This document shows positions 63,924 through 64,000 of a stretch of 64,000 bases of DNA, one piece after another. Where the stretch lies: assembly GCA_003213165.1 (NCBI GenBank), contig QCNO01000001.1:133403-197402 (forward strand). Direction: 5' to 3'. The stretch comes from OCS155 cluster bacterium AG-426-D23 (GTDB lineage: Bacteria > Actinomycetota > Acidimicrobiia > Actinomarinales > Actinomarinaceae). Each line of letters starts with the position of its first letter. Position 1 is the first letter of the stretch. Under the pieces are notes generated by a model. The model searched no databases. It was not told the origin of the DNA and worked only from the letters and a program-made list of their open reading frames with translations. The translations under genes were made by a program, and so were the position numbers.

Positions 63924-64000
63924 TAACCCTCACAAAACTAATGAGTAATTGTTGTTACAATCAACTAATAATATACCTTAAAAACACAAAGCATGAGAGA

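Noticed and set aside
1-64000. Search for tRNA, rRNA, CRISPR arrays, transposases and integrases
   Set aside because: No spacer is long enough or GC-rich enough to hold a tRNA with recognisable T-loop or acceptor features. No direct-repeat arrays were seen. No DDE transposase or tyrosine/serine recombinase-like ORFs are present.

Overview
This window is strongly AT-rich, gene-dense and mostly single-copy chromosome; no rRNA, tRNA, CRISPR array, transposase or integrase was recognised. Many adjacent genes overlap by 4 nt (ATGA or GTGA) or converge with overlapping 3' ends, consistent with a streamlined genome. Gene order matches Actinobacteria: coaD / coiled-coil protein / yceD / rpmF / plsX / rnc / fpg / smc, rpmB divergent from recG, and rpsP / KH protein / rimM. 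A DDN-family deazaflavin (F420) oxidoreductase, ino1 and PPOX-like proteins are also present, so a low-GC marine actinobacterium is the most likely source (inference only). Functional blocks, in order: MFS transporter, aspC-like, folD, ychF; a TrkA/USP regulator with a CPA2 antiporter; DUF368, tatA and a cytochrome c lipoprotein; a trehalose/maltodextrin island (malQ, GH13, MalEFG-like ABC importer, thuA, thuB); beta-oxidation genes (fadD-like, SDR, two acyl-CoA dehydrogenases, thiolase, MaoC, APH-like kinase, hbd); a 4-hydroxybutyryl-CoA dehydratase (AbfD-like) with gabT and gdhA nearby; a two-gene Gam-like plus Rad52-family SSAP module and a separate RecB-family Cas4-like nuclease; ino1; an operon of alpha/beta hydrolase, membrane-anchored MurF-like ligase, ddl and a HAD phosphatase; an rpmB operon carrying an inverted-topology (NewPHL-like) photolyase coupled to the DDN protein; recG, rsmD, coaD, yceD, rpmF, plsX, rnc, fpg, a class-3 asparaginase-like protein and a short SMC; cdd-like, etfBA, punA, deoB, upp; rpsP, KH, rimM; and a C26 amidotransferase, RidA and a tandem GAPDH pair whose upstream copy has lost the catalytic cysteine. 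The most unusual items are the chromosomal Gam-like/Rad52 pair, the Cys-less GAPDH paralog, the photolyase-DDN operon attached to rpmB, the membrane MurF-like protein, and an SMC in which I could not recognise a hinge.
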